DNA from: Alphaproteobacteria bacterium
GTDB lineage: Bacteria > Pseudomonadota > Alphaproteobacteria > DATDPM01
Assembly: GCA_036475545.1 (NCBI GenBank)
Contig: JAZGAE010000036.1
Span: 1-60,513, forward strand
Length of the DNA: 60,513 nucleotides
Direction of reading: 5' to 3'
Part shown: piece after piece, positions 9,071 to 18,251 of the stretch
How the letters are laid out: each line of letters begins with the position of its first letter
Numbering within the stretch: position 1 is the stretch's first letter
Program-made: the position numbers and the translations under genes
Notes under the pieces: generated by a model
Told to the model about the DNA's origin: nothing
The model's input: the letters and a program-made list of their open reading frames with translations, nothing else
Database searches by the model: none

Positions 9071-10141
9071 TCACTCCGCCGCCAGAGCCTCGGCTGCGTG
9101 CTCCTCGGCTTGGGAAGGAAGCGCGGCCTGCCGGTCCTCGATCCAGGCGATGATGTCCTCGAGCACGACCTCGGCCTGGAGGTCGCGCAGCAGCATGTGG
9201 AAGCCCTTTTCGTAGAAGGCCACGCGCCACCGCGGCGCGCTCGCCCCGGGTAATCGGCGCAACAACTCGTGGGTGGGGGCGGCGGGGATCACCTCGTCGT
9301 TGTCGCCGTAGAGGACGAGCGCCGGGACCGGGAGCCCCGGGGCGGACTCCATCGCCTCGTCCATGAGGTTGGCGAGGCCGTAGAGGGCGTCGATCCGGGA
9401 CTCCTTGATCACCAGCGGGTCCTCGCCAAGCGCGCGCAGCATCTCGACGTTGTCCGATGCGCGGATCCTGAGGCCCCTTCCCGATACCTTGAGCCACGGC
9501 ACGGTGTGGGCGGCGAGCCACAGCGCGCCCCTCTGTATCGGGTTCATGGTGTGGCGCGCCCACACCGCAGGGGCCACCAGGATGACGCCGTCGACCGGCG
9601 GCGGCTCGGCCGCCATGGCGATCAACACCACGGCCCCGCCCATGCTGTCGCCCAGAAGGAAGAGGGGCGTTTGCGGATGGCGGCGCCGCAAGGCCAGCGA
9701 AACCTCGCGCAGGTCCGCGATCAGCGCCTCCGTGCCCGGCCACAGGCCCCGGTGCGGGGCCTCCCCGAAGCCGCGTTGATCGAAGGCGTAGGCGGCGATG
9801 CCCCGCTCCGCCCAATAGCGTCCCGGGTCCAGGAAGGCGTCGGAGTAGTCGTTGAAACCGTGGAGGGCCAGGATCACGGCCTTGGGCGGGTCCTCCGGCA
9901 TCCAGCGGCGAAGCGGAAGCTCCACCCCGTCGGCGGCGACGAAGCGGTCCTCCAAGAGGTGCGGGCTGACCCGACCGGCGCCCGGCGGCTGCAGGCGCGG
10001 CGCGCAGGTGCCGATCGCGACTGCCGCCGCCAGGGCAACCACGGCGGCGAGCCCGCCCCGGCGGAGAACCCGTCGGGCGGGCAGGCAACGCAGGGCCTCT
10101 GTTGCGGTCGCGGTTCGGGCGCGGCCGGTCCGCCCGGTCAT
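9071..10141 (-). CDS. alpha/beta hydrolase (lysophospholipase / monoacylglycerol-lipase-like) with an N-terminal signal or anchor
   Basis: GDSMGG nucleophile elbow and HGFNDYS oxyanion region. The N-terminus is hydrophobic (LAAVVALAAAVAIGTC). Its ATG overlaps the stop of the upstream ABC ATPase (ATGA). Confidence 0.8.
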   Translation of the reverse strand: MTGRTGRARTATATEALRCLPARRVLRRGGLAAVVALAAAVAIGTCAPRLQPPGAGRVSPHLLEDRFVAADGVELPLRRWMPEDPPKAVILALHGFNDYSDAFLDPGRYWAERGIAAYAFDQRGFGEAPHRGLWPGTEALIADLREVSLALRRRHPQTPLFLLGDSMGGAVVLIAMAAEPPPVDGVILVAPAVWARHTMNPIQRGALWLAAHTVPWLKVSGRGLRIRASDNVEMLRALGEDPLVIKESRIDALYGLANLMDEAMESAPGLPVPALVLYGDNDEVIPAAPTHELLRRLPGASAPRWRVAFYEKGFHMLLRDLQAEVVLEDIIAWIEDRQAALPSQAEEHAAEALAAE

Positions 10142-11157
10142 GCCGGGGCGTCCTCGGGATCGTCCGGCGACCGGGTGAGCTGCAGGAACACGTCCTCGAG
10201 GTCGGACTGCTCGGTGGTGATATCCGCGATGCCGAGCCCGGCGTCATGGACGGCGGTGAGAATCTCCGCCGCCTGGGTCTGGCTGGTGCGGTAGCGGATG
10301 ACGAGGCGGCGCGGCGGGTCCAACTCCACGTCGAACCGGGCGAGCGCGGCCGGCACCCCGTCCAGGTCCTGTTGCACCGTGATCGCCAGTTCCTTGAGGT
10401 CGAGCCTTTGCAGGAGCGCGGTCGTCTCCTCGCAGCAGATCAGACGCCCGTGGTTGATGATGGCGATGCGGTCGCAGAGCTGCTCGGCCTCCTCGAGGTA
10501 ATGGGTGGTCAGCAGGATGGTGACCCCGCGTTCGTTCAGTTCCCGCACATGGGCCCAAAGCTGCCTTCTCAAATCCACGTCGACCCCGGCCGTGGGCTCG
10601 TCGAGCACGAGAACCGGCGGCGAGTGCACCAGCGCCTTGGCCACCAACAGCCTGCGGCGCATGCCCCCCGACAGAGTCCGGGTGTAGGCGTCGGCCTTGT
10701 CGGCCAGGTGCAGCGCCACCAGGATCTCGGCCGTGCGGCGCTCGGATTTCGGCACCCCGTACATCCCGGCCTGCACATCGAGAAGCTCGGCGGGGGTGAA
10801 GAAGGGGTCGATGTTGAGCTCCTGGGGCACCACGCCGATGGCGGCGCGGGCCTGGCGCGGCGCGCGGTCGATGTCGAACCCCCAAACCCGGGCGGTGCCG
10901 CTGGTCTTCAGCACGAGCCCTGCGAGTATGTTTATAAACGTGGACTTTCCGGCGCCGTTGGGGCCGAGAAGTCCGAACAGCGCGCCCCGCGGGATGGCGA
11001 GGTCGACGTCGACCAGGGCGCGCTGGGGCGGGTGGCCCCTTGAGGCGGGATACGTTTTCGAAAGCGCCTTGGTCTCGACGGCGTAGGCCGGCACGCGGGC
11101 CGCGGACTCGCGGTCCGTGACGGGGTCGGAAGGCGGCGCGGGGCGGTGCAATTCCAT
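10138..11157 (-). CDS. ABC transporter ATP-binding protein (ABC-2/NatA-like)
   Basis: Walker A GPNGAGKST, signature LSGGMRRR and Walker B VLVLDEPT. The start is taken at internal ATG 11157 (MELHRP..) of ORF 10138..11232. Confidence 0.85.
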   Translation of the reverse strand: MELHRPAPPSDPVTDRESAARVPAYAVETKALSKTYPASRGHPPQRALVDVDLAIPRGALFGLLGPNGAGKSTFINILAGLVLKTSGTARVWGFDIDRAPRQARAAIGVVPQELNIDPFFTPAELLDVQAGMYGVPKSERRTAEILVALHLADKADAYTRTLSGGMRRRLLVAKALVHSPPVLVLDEPTAGVDVDLRRQLWAHVRELNERGVTILLTTHYLEEAEQLCDRIAIINHGRLICCEETTALLQRLDLKELAITVQQDLDGVPAALARFDVELDPPRRLVIRYRTSQTQAAEILTAVHDAGLGIADITTEQSDLEDVFLQLTRSPDDPEDAPA

Positions 11158-11285
11158 GTGCCGGTGATGGGGCCAAATTCGCCGCAACCACCGCGTGGCG
11201 GCAGTTGATTGTGCGGCGGCAATGGCTATCATCCACCACGCAGGACGGTCAACGGCTTATCTGGCCGTGACGGTTGGAGTGGCCC

Positions 11286-11459
11286 ATGCAGCCCGTCGAA
11301 ATCATCACCGTCGATGAACCGGTCGTCGCCTGTGACGGCGGCGCGATGGGCCATCCGCGCGTCTTCCTGCAGATTGGGGACAAGGGCGAGATCGACTGTC
11401 CCTACTGCGGCCGCCGCTACGTCCTCAAATCGAGGATTCCCGAGGCCGCGAGCAGTTGA
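11286..11459 (+). CDS. zinc-finger (zf-CHCC-like) small protein
   Basis: CPYCGRRY and an upstream ACDGG segment. GGAG lies 6 nt before ATG 11286. The stop overlaps the polA TTG start. Confidence 0.6.
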   Translation: MQPVEIITVDEPVVACDGGAMGHPRVFLQIGDKGEIDCPYCGRRYVLKSRIPEAASS

Positions 11460-14272
11460 GCGCCCCGCGCCACCTTTTCCTGATCGACGGTTCCGGCTTC
11501 ATCTTCCGCGCGTATCATGCGCTTCCCCCCTTGACGAGGCCGGACGGCACCCCCGTGGGCGCCGTCTTCGGCTTCACCAACATGCTCATGAAGCTGATCG
11601 AGGAGACCGACGCCGACGCGCTCGCGGTGATCTTCGACGCCGGCCGCGAGACCTTCCGCAACGAGATCTATCCCGACTACAAGGCCAACCGCCCGGAGCC
11701 GCCGGAGGATCTCGTCGCCCAGTTCCCCCTCATCCGCGAGGCGACGCGCGCCTTCAACGTTCCGGCCGTGGAGATGGAGGGGTTTGAGGCCGACGACCTG
11801 ATCGCCACCTACGCCCGCCGGGCCGCACGCCAGGGCACGGAGGTCACCATCGTCTCGGGCGACAAGGACCTGATGCAGCTGGTGAGCGACGGGATCAACA
11901 TGATGGACCCCATCACGAGCCGCAGGATCGGCCCCGAGCAGGTCGTGGACAAGTTCGGCGTCGGGCCGGACCGCGTGGTGGACGTGCAGGCCTTGGCCGG
12001 CGATGCCACCGACAACGTGCCCGGGGTTCCGGGAATAGGGATCAAGACGGCGGCGGCGCTCATCAACGAGTACGGCGACTTCGATGCGGTGTTGGCCCGC
12101 GCCGGCGAGATCAAGCAGACCAAGCGCCGCGAGAGGCTGATCGAGAACGCCGACCAGGCCAGGCTGTCGCGCGAGCTGGTCAAGCTCAAGGACGACGTGC
12201 CGGTGGAGGCCCCCATCGAGTCCTTCCACGTCGCTCCGCCGGACCCCGACAAGCTGCTGGCGTTCTTGCGCGAGCAGGGCTTCAAGAGAACCATCGCGCG
12301 GATCGAGGCCAAGCTCGCGGCCGCGGGCCAACTCCAGGCGCCGGAGGCGCGCGAATTGGCCCCGGCGGAGACGGCCTACGAGCCGGTCCAGGACGAACGG
12401 GCGCTTCGCTCCTGGATCGAGCGCGCCGTCGCTGCCGGCACCGTGGCGGTGGACACCGAGACCACGTCGCTGGATGCGATGCGCGCCGAGCTGGTCGGGG
12501 TCTCGCTGTCGCTGGAGGCGGGCCGGGCCTGCTATATCCCCCTCGGCCACAAGCGGGCGGAGCCCCAGGGCGACCTCGATCTCGGCGGCGACCTCGATCT
12601 CGGCGGCGGCGGTGGTGGCGGCAAGGGGCCGAAGGCGGAGGGCGCCGCCGCGCCGGCACAGATCCCCATGGAAACCGCGCTCGGGCTCCTCAAGCCGCTC
12701 TTGGAGGACGACGGCGTCCTCAAGGTGGGGCACAACCTCAAGTACGACATGCTGGTGGTCGGCCGCTACGGCATCGAGGTCCGGCCGGTGGACGACACCA
12801 TGGTGCTGTCCTACGTCCTAGACGGCGCGCAGCACGGCCACGGGCTCGACGAGCTGGCCGCGCTCCACCTCGGCCATACCACCATCAAGTTCGCGGACGT
12901 GGCGGGCACCGGCAAGGCCCAGGTGACCTTCGACCGCGTACCCTTGGACAAGGCGCTGGACTACGCGGCGGAGGACGCGGACGTGACCGGGCGCCTCCAC
13001 CGCCTGCTCAAGCCGAGGCTCGTGGCGGAGCGCATGGTCACGGTCTACGAGACCATCGAGCGGCCGCTGATCCCGGTTCTGGTGGGGATGGAGCGGGCCG
13101 GAATCCTCGTCGACCGGGAGGAGCTCCACCGCCTGAGCCAGGACTTCGCCCGCCGGATCGGCGAGCTGGAGGAGGAAATCCACCGCCTCGCCGGGCACGA
13201 GTTCACCATCGCCTCGCCCAAGCAGCTCGGCGAGGTTCTGTTCGACGAGATGGGCTTCGAGGCCGGCAGGAGGGGCAAGAGCGGGGCCCGCAGCACCAGC
13301 GCCGGCGTGCTCGAAGCCTTGGCCGCCCAGGGCCACGAGCTTCCCGCGAAGGTGCTGGACTGGCGACAAATTTCCAAGCTCAAGAGCACCTACTCGGACG
13401 CGCTCATCGACCGGATCAACCCCGAGACGGGCCGGGTGCATACCTCTTACGCCATGACGGTGACCAACACCGGGCGGCTCGCGTCCTCGGACCCGAACCT
13501 CCAGAACATCCCCATCCGCACCGAAGAGGGGCGCAAGATCCGCCGCGCCTTCGTGGCGGCCGAGGGCTGCAAGTTCCTGTCCGTCGACTACTCCCAGATC
13601 GAGCTCAGGCTCCTGGCGCACGTGGCCGGGATCGAGGCGCTTAAAGACGCTTTCCGCGAGGGCGCCGACATCCACGCGCTCACCGCCGCCCAGGTCTTCG
13701 GGGTGCCGGCGGAGGGGATGGACCCCTCGATCCGCCGCAAGGCCAAGGCCATCAACTTCGGCATCATCTACGGGATCTCCCCCTTCGGCCTCGCCCAGCA
13801 GCTCGGCATCACCCAGGAGGAGGCGAAAGCGTACATCGAGGCCTATTTCGCGCGCTATCCCGGCATCCGCGACTACATGGAGGAGACCAAGGCCTTCTGC
13901 CGCGAGCACGGCTTCGTCAAGACGCTCTTCGGGCGCAAGTGCTTCATCCCCGGCATCAACGACAAGAACCACGCGCGCCGCAGCTTCGCCGAGCGCGCGG
14001 CCATCAACGCGCCCCTGCAGGGGGCCGCCGCCGACATCATCAAGCGCGCCATGATCCGCATGCCCGCGGCGCTCGCCGGCGACAGCTTAAGCGCGAAGAT
14101 GCTGCTCCAGGTCCACGACGAGCTCCTCTTCGAGGTGCCGGAGGACGAGCTGGAGGCGACCACCGGGGTCGTGCGCGAGGTGATGGAAGGCGCGGCGCTG
14201 CCGGCCGTCGATCTGGACGTGCCCGTGGTGGCCGATACGGGGGTCGGCGACAACTGGGCCGACGCGCATTGA
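11456..14272 (+). CDS. polA: DNA polymerase I
   Basis: 938-aa ORF with a 5'-nuclease N-terminus (LIDGSGFIFRAYHA), a 3'-5' exonuclease region (VAVDTETTSLD) and polymerase motifs (DYSQIELR, QVHDELLFE). Confidence 0.95.
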   Translation: MSAPRHLFLIDGSGFIFRAYHALPPLTRPDGTPVGAVFGFTNMLMKLIEETDADALAVIFDAGRETFRNEIYPDYKANRPEPPEDLVAQFPLIREATRAFNVPAVEMEGFEADDLIATYARRAARQGTEVTIVSGDKDLMQLVSDGINMMDPITSRRIGPEQVVDKFGVGPDRVVDVQALAGDATDNVPGVPGIGIKTAAALINEYGDFDAVLARAGEIKQTKRRERLIENADQARLSRELVKLKDDVPVEAPIESFHVAPPDPDKLLAFLREQGFKRTIARIEAKLAAAGQLQAPEARELAPAETAYEPVQDERALRSWIERAVAAGTVAVDTETTSLDAMRAELVGVSLSLEAGRACYIPLGHKRAEPQGDLDLGGDLDLGGGGGGGKGPKAEGAAAPAQIPMETALGLLKPLLEDDGVLKVGHNLKYDMLVVGRYGIEVRPVDDTMVLSYVLDGAQHGHGLDELAALHLGHTTIKFADVAGTGKAQVTFDRVPLDKALDYAAEDADVTGRLHRLLKPRLVAERMVTVYETIERPLIPVLVGMERAGILVDREELHRLSQDFARRIGELEEEIHRLAGHEFTIASPKQLGEVLFDEMGFEAGRRGKSGARSTSAGVLEALAAQGHELPAKVLDWRQISKLKSTYSDALIDRINPETGRVHTSYAMTVTNTGRLASSDPNLQNIPIRTEEGRKIRRAFVAAEGCKFLSVDYSQIELRLLAHVAGIEALKDAFREGADIHALTAAQVFGVPAEGMDPSIRRKAKAINFGIIYGISPFGLAQQLGITQEEAKAYIEAYFARYPGIRDYMEETKAFCREHGFVKTLFGRKCFIPGINDKNHARRSFAERAAINAPLQGAAADIIKRAMIRMPAALAGDSLSAKMLLQVHDELLFEVPEDELEATTGVVREVMEGAALPAVDLDVPVVADTGVGDNWADAH

Positions 14273-14380
14273 TCCGTTAGGACCGCTTCGCCCACGTCAG
14301 TCGCGAGGACGTTTCCAGAAACAGGGTCCCGGCCCTCGGGATCATCAGGCTTTGACCTCTGCCAAGGCTCATTTCACGGC

Positions 14381-14785
14381 TCACGGCCGCCGTTGCGAGG
14401 AGTCCGGCCTCTTGAGCCTATAGGGCTTGATGAGCGATGCCGCTGGAATGCCGAGATTCCTGTGCAGCTTCCAGATCATCGGCAACGTCAGGTGCCGCCT
14501 GCGGTTCAGGATCTCCGAGACGCGGGCGCGCGAGCCAAGATAGCGCTCCATGTCTCTGCGCGAGAGGCTCTTCTGTTCCATGCAGAGCTTGATGGCCTCC
14601 ACGGGATCGGGCGGCTCGATCGGCCAGCGCTTGCTCTCGTAATCGTCGACCAGGGTGGCGAGCACTTCGAGCCGGTCGTGCTCGGGCGTGCCGGGCCCAG
14701 AGTCCCAGAGGCTCTCGATTTCGGCGATGCCCGCCTTGTGATCTCTGTCTGTACGGATAGGCCGAATCGTTGCTTCGGCGCGCAT
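14381..14785 (-). CDS. higA: type II antitoxin HigA (HTH, COG5499-like)
   Basis: 134-aa ORF with strong similarity in pattern to HigA antitoxins (..GTPEHDRLEVLATLVDDYE..PPDPVEAIKLCMEQ..RVSEILNRRR). A GGAGG RBS precedes it. It lies 12 nt downstream of higB. Confidence 0.8.
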   Translation of the reverse strand: MRAEATIRPIRTDRDHKAGIAEIESLWDSGPGTPEHDRLEVLATLVDDYESKRWPIEPPDPVEAIKLCMEQKSLSRRDMERYLGSRARVSEILNRRRHLTLPMIWKLHRNLGIPAASLIKPYRLKRPDSSQRRP

Positions 14786-14797
14786 CTAAGTCCTCCT

Positions 14798-15100
14798 TCA
14801 GTATCTCGCCACGGTGGCGGCATCCACCTTCTGATACTCCTTGTGGGTGCCGATGAACTTTATGAATACGATTTTCGCGGAAAACTTCACCGCCACGACA
14901 AGACGATAGTTTCCGCCGCAGATATCGAACACCACACGCTCGTTGTTGATGACGCTGGCCTTGGGATAGGTCCTCTTGATATCCGCCATGGAAGACCAGT
15001 CGGCGTCTCTGGCTGCGCTCAGCCAGTCGCGCAAGGGTTGCTCCGTTTCCCGATGCCGCCGCCAATAGTCGCCGAGCGTGTTGCGCGAAATGATCCGCAT
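14798..15100 (-). CDS. higB: type II toxin HigB (RelE-fold mRNA interferase, PF09907-like)
   Basis: 100-aa ORF MRIISRNTLGDYWRRH..NERVVFDICGGNYRLVVAVKF..FIKFIGTHKEYQKVD, typical of the HigB family. It has the toxin-first operon order. Confidence 0.8.
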   Translation of the reverse strand: MRIISRNTLGDYWRRHRETEQPLRDWLSAARDADWSSMADIKRTYPKASVINNERVVFDICGGNYRLVVAVKFSAKIVFIKFIGTHKEYQKVDAATVARY

Positions 15101-15380
15101 GCCGGCAGAAGATACACTGTTCCCAAATCGGGATCAATCGTAATTCCCAATATGGGAGCGCTGTGGCCCACCGTCAACGGGGTGTTCGTGAGGAAAGCGC
15201 TGGATTGAAAATCGACGTATCGAGGGCAGAAAACTTGCCAAATAGGCAGTTTCCTATTGAGGGAAGTTTCCCCCACTCGCATGAATCGGCCCTCTGCGGT
15301 CGGCTTTCGCGGAGCGTACTAAAGCGGGGGCTGAGGCGGCACGGCTGTTTGGGATGCTTACCCCGGCACCCGCTCCGTCG

Positions 15381-17225
15381 TCAGGCCGCCTCCTCTTCGA
15401 GGTCTTGGAGCCGCCAGACCTCGGGCGCGCGCTCCAGGCGCTCGATGAGAAGCTCGCGCTGGAGCTCCAGCTCCTTGGGCAGGTGGTGGCCGAACTGGTC
15501 GAACAGTGCGGTCTGGCCCTCGGCCTCGGCCTTGCCGGCGGCCCGGTCCACGGTCATCAGCTCGTAGAAGGTGGCCGCCTCGAACTCCAGGCCCTCCCAG
15601 TTCACGTCGCGGCGGCGTGGCATCAGGCCGAAGGGGCTTTCCACGGCGTGCGCCCGGTCGTGGGCGCGGTCGACGATCCACTTCAGGACCCGCATGTTCT
15701 CGCGGAACCCCGGCCACATGAACTTGCCGTCGTCGTCCTTGCGGAACCAGTTGACCCGGAAGATCAGCGGCGGGTCCGAGATCTTCTGTTCCATGTCCAG
15801 CCAGTGCCGCCAATACTCCGCCATGTTGTAGCCGCAGAAGGGCAGCATCGCCATGGGATCGCGCCGGATCGCCGCCTGGCCGACGGCCGCCGCGGTCGCC
15901 TCCGAGCCCATGGTCGCCGCCAGGTAGACGCCGTGGGACCAGTCGAAGGCCTGGAACACCAGCGGGAAGGTCTTGCTCAAGCGGCCGCCGAAGATGAACG
16001 CGGAGATCGGCACGCCGGCGGGGTCCTCCCAGGCCGGGTCCAGGCTCGGGCACTCGCTCGCCGGGGCCGTGAAGCGGGAGTTGGGGTGGGCCGCCGGGGT
16101 GTCTGAATCGGGGGTCCAGTCCTGGCCGCGCCAGTCGATGGCATGGGCCGGCGGATCCCCGTCCATGCCCTCCCACCACACGTCGCCGTCGTCGGTGAGC
16201 GCGACGTTGGTGAAGAGGCAGTTCTTGGCCAGCATCTTCATGGCGGTGGGGTTGGAGCCCGTGGAGGTGCCGGGGGCGACGCCGAAGTAGCCGGCCTCGG
16301 GGTTGATGGCCTTGAGCCGCCCCTCCTCGTCGGGCTTGATCCAGGCGATGTCGTCGCCGACGGTCCAGACCTTCCAGCCCTTGAATCCCCCGGGCGGGAT
16401 CAGCATGGCGAAGTTGGTCTTGCCGCAGGCGCTGGGGAAGGCGGCGGCGACGTACGTCTTCTCGCCCTCGGGCGACTCGACGCCCAGGATCAGCATGTGT
16501 TCCGCGAGCCAGCCTTCGTCGCGCGCCATCACCGAGGCGATCCTGAGCGCGAAGCACTTCTTGCCCAAGAGCGCGTTGCCGCCGTAGCCGCTGCCGAAGG
16601 ACCAGATGGAGCGCTCCTCGGGGAAGTGGACGATGTACTTCTCGTCGTTACACGGCCACGGCACGTCGGGCTCGCCAGGCTCGAGCGGGGCGCCCACCGA
16701 ATGCAGGCAGGGCACGAAGTCGCCGTCGCCGAGCGCGTCCAGGACCTTTTGGCCCATCCGCGTCATGATCCGCATGTTGACCACCGCATAGGGCGAATCG
16801 GTGATCTGGACGCCGATGTGGGCGATGGGGGAACCGATGGGGCCCATGCTGAAGGGGACCACGTACATGGTGCGCCCGCGCATGCAGCCGGTGAAGAGCC
16901 CCTTCAGGGTCCGCTTCATCTCGTCCGGGTTCGTCCAGTTGTTGGTCGGCCCGGCGTCCTCCACGTTCTGCGAGCAAATGAAGGTGCGGTCCTCGACGCG
17001 GGCGACGTCGCTGGGATGAGACCGCGCGAGGAAGCAGTTGGGGCGCTTTTCCGGGTTCAGCCGGATGAGCGTTCCGCCCTCGACCATCTGGTTGCAGAGG
17101 CGGTCGTACTCGGCCTCGGACCCGTCGCACCAGTGGATGTGGTCGGGCTGGCACATGAGGGCGACCTCGTCCACCCAGGCGTGAAGCTTGGCGTTCCGCG
17201 TGGCGGCTTCTCCCGGATTTGTCAT
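15381..17225 (-). CDS. pckG: phosphoenolpyruvate carboxykinase (GTP-dependent)
   Basis: ORF 15381..17375. Start at ATG 17225 ([14 protein letters not shown]). The FPSACGKTN kinase-1a motif and overall length are typical of GTP-PEPCK. Confidence 0.92.
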   Translation of the reverse strand: MTNPGEAATRNAKLHAWVDEVALMCQPDHIHWCDGSEAEYDRLCNQMVEGGTLIRLNPEKRPNCFLARSHPSDVARVEDRTFICSQNVEDAGPTNNWTNPDEMKRTLKGLFTGCMRGRTMYVVPFSMGPIGSPIAHIGVQITDSPYAVVNMRIMTRMGQKVLDALGDGDFVPCLHSVGAPLEPGEPDVPWPCNDEKYIVHFPEERSIWSFGSGYGGNALLGKKCFALRIASVMARDEGWLAEHMLILGVESPEGEKTYVAAAFPSACGKTNFAMLIPPGGFKGWKVWTVGDDIAWIKPDEEGRLKAINPEAGYFGVAPGTSTGSNPTAMKMLAKNCLFTNVALTDDGDVWWEGMDGDPPAHAIDWRGQDWTPDSDTPAAHPNSRFTAPASECPSLDPAWEDPAGVPISAFIFGGRLSKTFPLVFQAFDWSHGVYLAATMGSEATAAAVGQAAIRRDPMAMLPFCGYNMAEYWRHWLDMEQKISDPPLIFRVNWFRKDDDGKFMWPGFRENMRVLKWIVDRAHDRAHAVESPFGLMPRRRDVNWEGLEFEAATFYELMTVDRAAGKAEAEGQTALFDQFGHHLPKELELQRELLIERLERAPEVWRLQDLEEEAA

Positions 17226-17429
17226 CAATGTCTCCCCGGACGAACGTGAAGCGATAAGGCTACGGATGACCCTATTATTCGCCCCGCCATTGCGTGGCGG
17301 CGGCGGCGGCGGCGCCCTGCATATCCCGGCGGCGCGAGCGCACCCTGATTTGCCATAATCCGGCACCGGGCGCAAGGCCGTCGGCCCGCCAATGACCCCA
17401 CGCCCGTGGGGCTGGCGGATGCCCGCGCG

Positions 17430-18251
17430 TCACGGCTTCCCGCGCGCCAGCTCGGCGAGCCGCGCCAGCTCGGCGCGGGCGCCGGCGGGGTCCTCGATGG
17501 GGCGTTCGAAGTCCAGCCGGGCCGTTTCCGCGCCCCGTCTCAGGTCGCACCCCTCGGGGTCGAGTCCGGTCATGCGCCAGGCCGCCTCGTCCTCGGCGGC
17601 CGGGATCTCGAGGAGCCTCTCGGCGTAGAGGGCCAGCGCGTCGGCGTGATCCGCGTTCATATAGGCGACGATCCGCTCTTCGCTTTCCGCCAAGGCCTCG
17701 GTTTCCCCGCCGTAGGGGAAGTCGGCGCCCTCCACCCAGCTCACCAGGCCGAAGCCCGCCACCAGGTGCGCCCTCTCGACGGCCACCGCGTAAAGGTGAA
17801 AGTCCTTGAAGTCGGCATAGGCCTCGGCCGCGGGATGGCGCGCGAGGAAGCGCGCGCGGTGGCGGGGGGCGTCGCTTCGTCGCGCGCGCCCCAGCAGGGT
17901 GACCCGGGGCCCGGCGAGCGGATCGTCCACGCCTTCGCCGCGGCCGCCCGGGGACAGGCCGCCCGGGGACAGGCCGCCCGCGAACAGAAGGGAGAGCCGC
18001 GCGTCGCGGGCGATGTTTGCGGTGTGCTCGGCGAGTTCGGAAAGCAGCAGCAGAGGCGTGCCGTCATGATCGCACGCCGCCGTCACCAGCGACGCGTAGG
18101 GCCGGCCCACCGCCTCGCCTTCGCCGGCGAGCCGCGTCGCCAGCGCGGCGACCGGGCTCGCCCGCGCGAGGTGGCGTGCCAATCTCGCCGCTTCCTGGAT
18201 CTCCAACGTGCCTCCCTCGCCGGGGTCTGGATCGCCTGCTTGTCCGCTCAT
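17430..18251 (-). CDS. HugZ-like / pyridoxamine-5'-phosphate-oxidase-related protein with a DUF2470 C-terminus
   Basis: 273-aa ORF. The pattern PYASLV..DGTPLLLLSELAEHT..RLSLL plus the C-terminal ..IVAYMNADHADAL.. is typical of haem-utilisation HugZ-family proteins. Its ATG overlaps the porin stop (ATGA). Confidence 0.7.
   Translation of the reverse strand: MSGQAGDPDPGEGGTLEIQEAARLARHLARASPVAALATRLAGEGEAVGRPYASLVTAACDHDGTPLLLLSELAEHTANIARDARLSLLFAGGLSPGGLSPGGRGEGVDDPLAGPRVTLLGRARRSDAPRHRARFLARHPAAEAYADFKDFHLYAVAVERAHLVAGFGLVSWVEGADFPYGGETEALAESEERIVAYMNADHADALALYAERLLEIPAAEDEAAWRMTGLDPEGCDLRRGAETARLDFERPIEDPAGARAELARLAELARGKP

Noticed and set aside
17345-17365. GCCATAATCCGGCAC upstream of pckG as a fourth copy of the GAGCATAATCCGGTCA repeat end.
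   Set aside because: Only about 10 contiguous nucleotides match, with no flanking similarity. This is compatible with chance.
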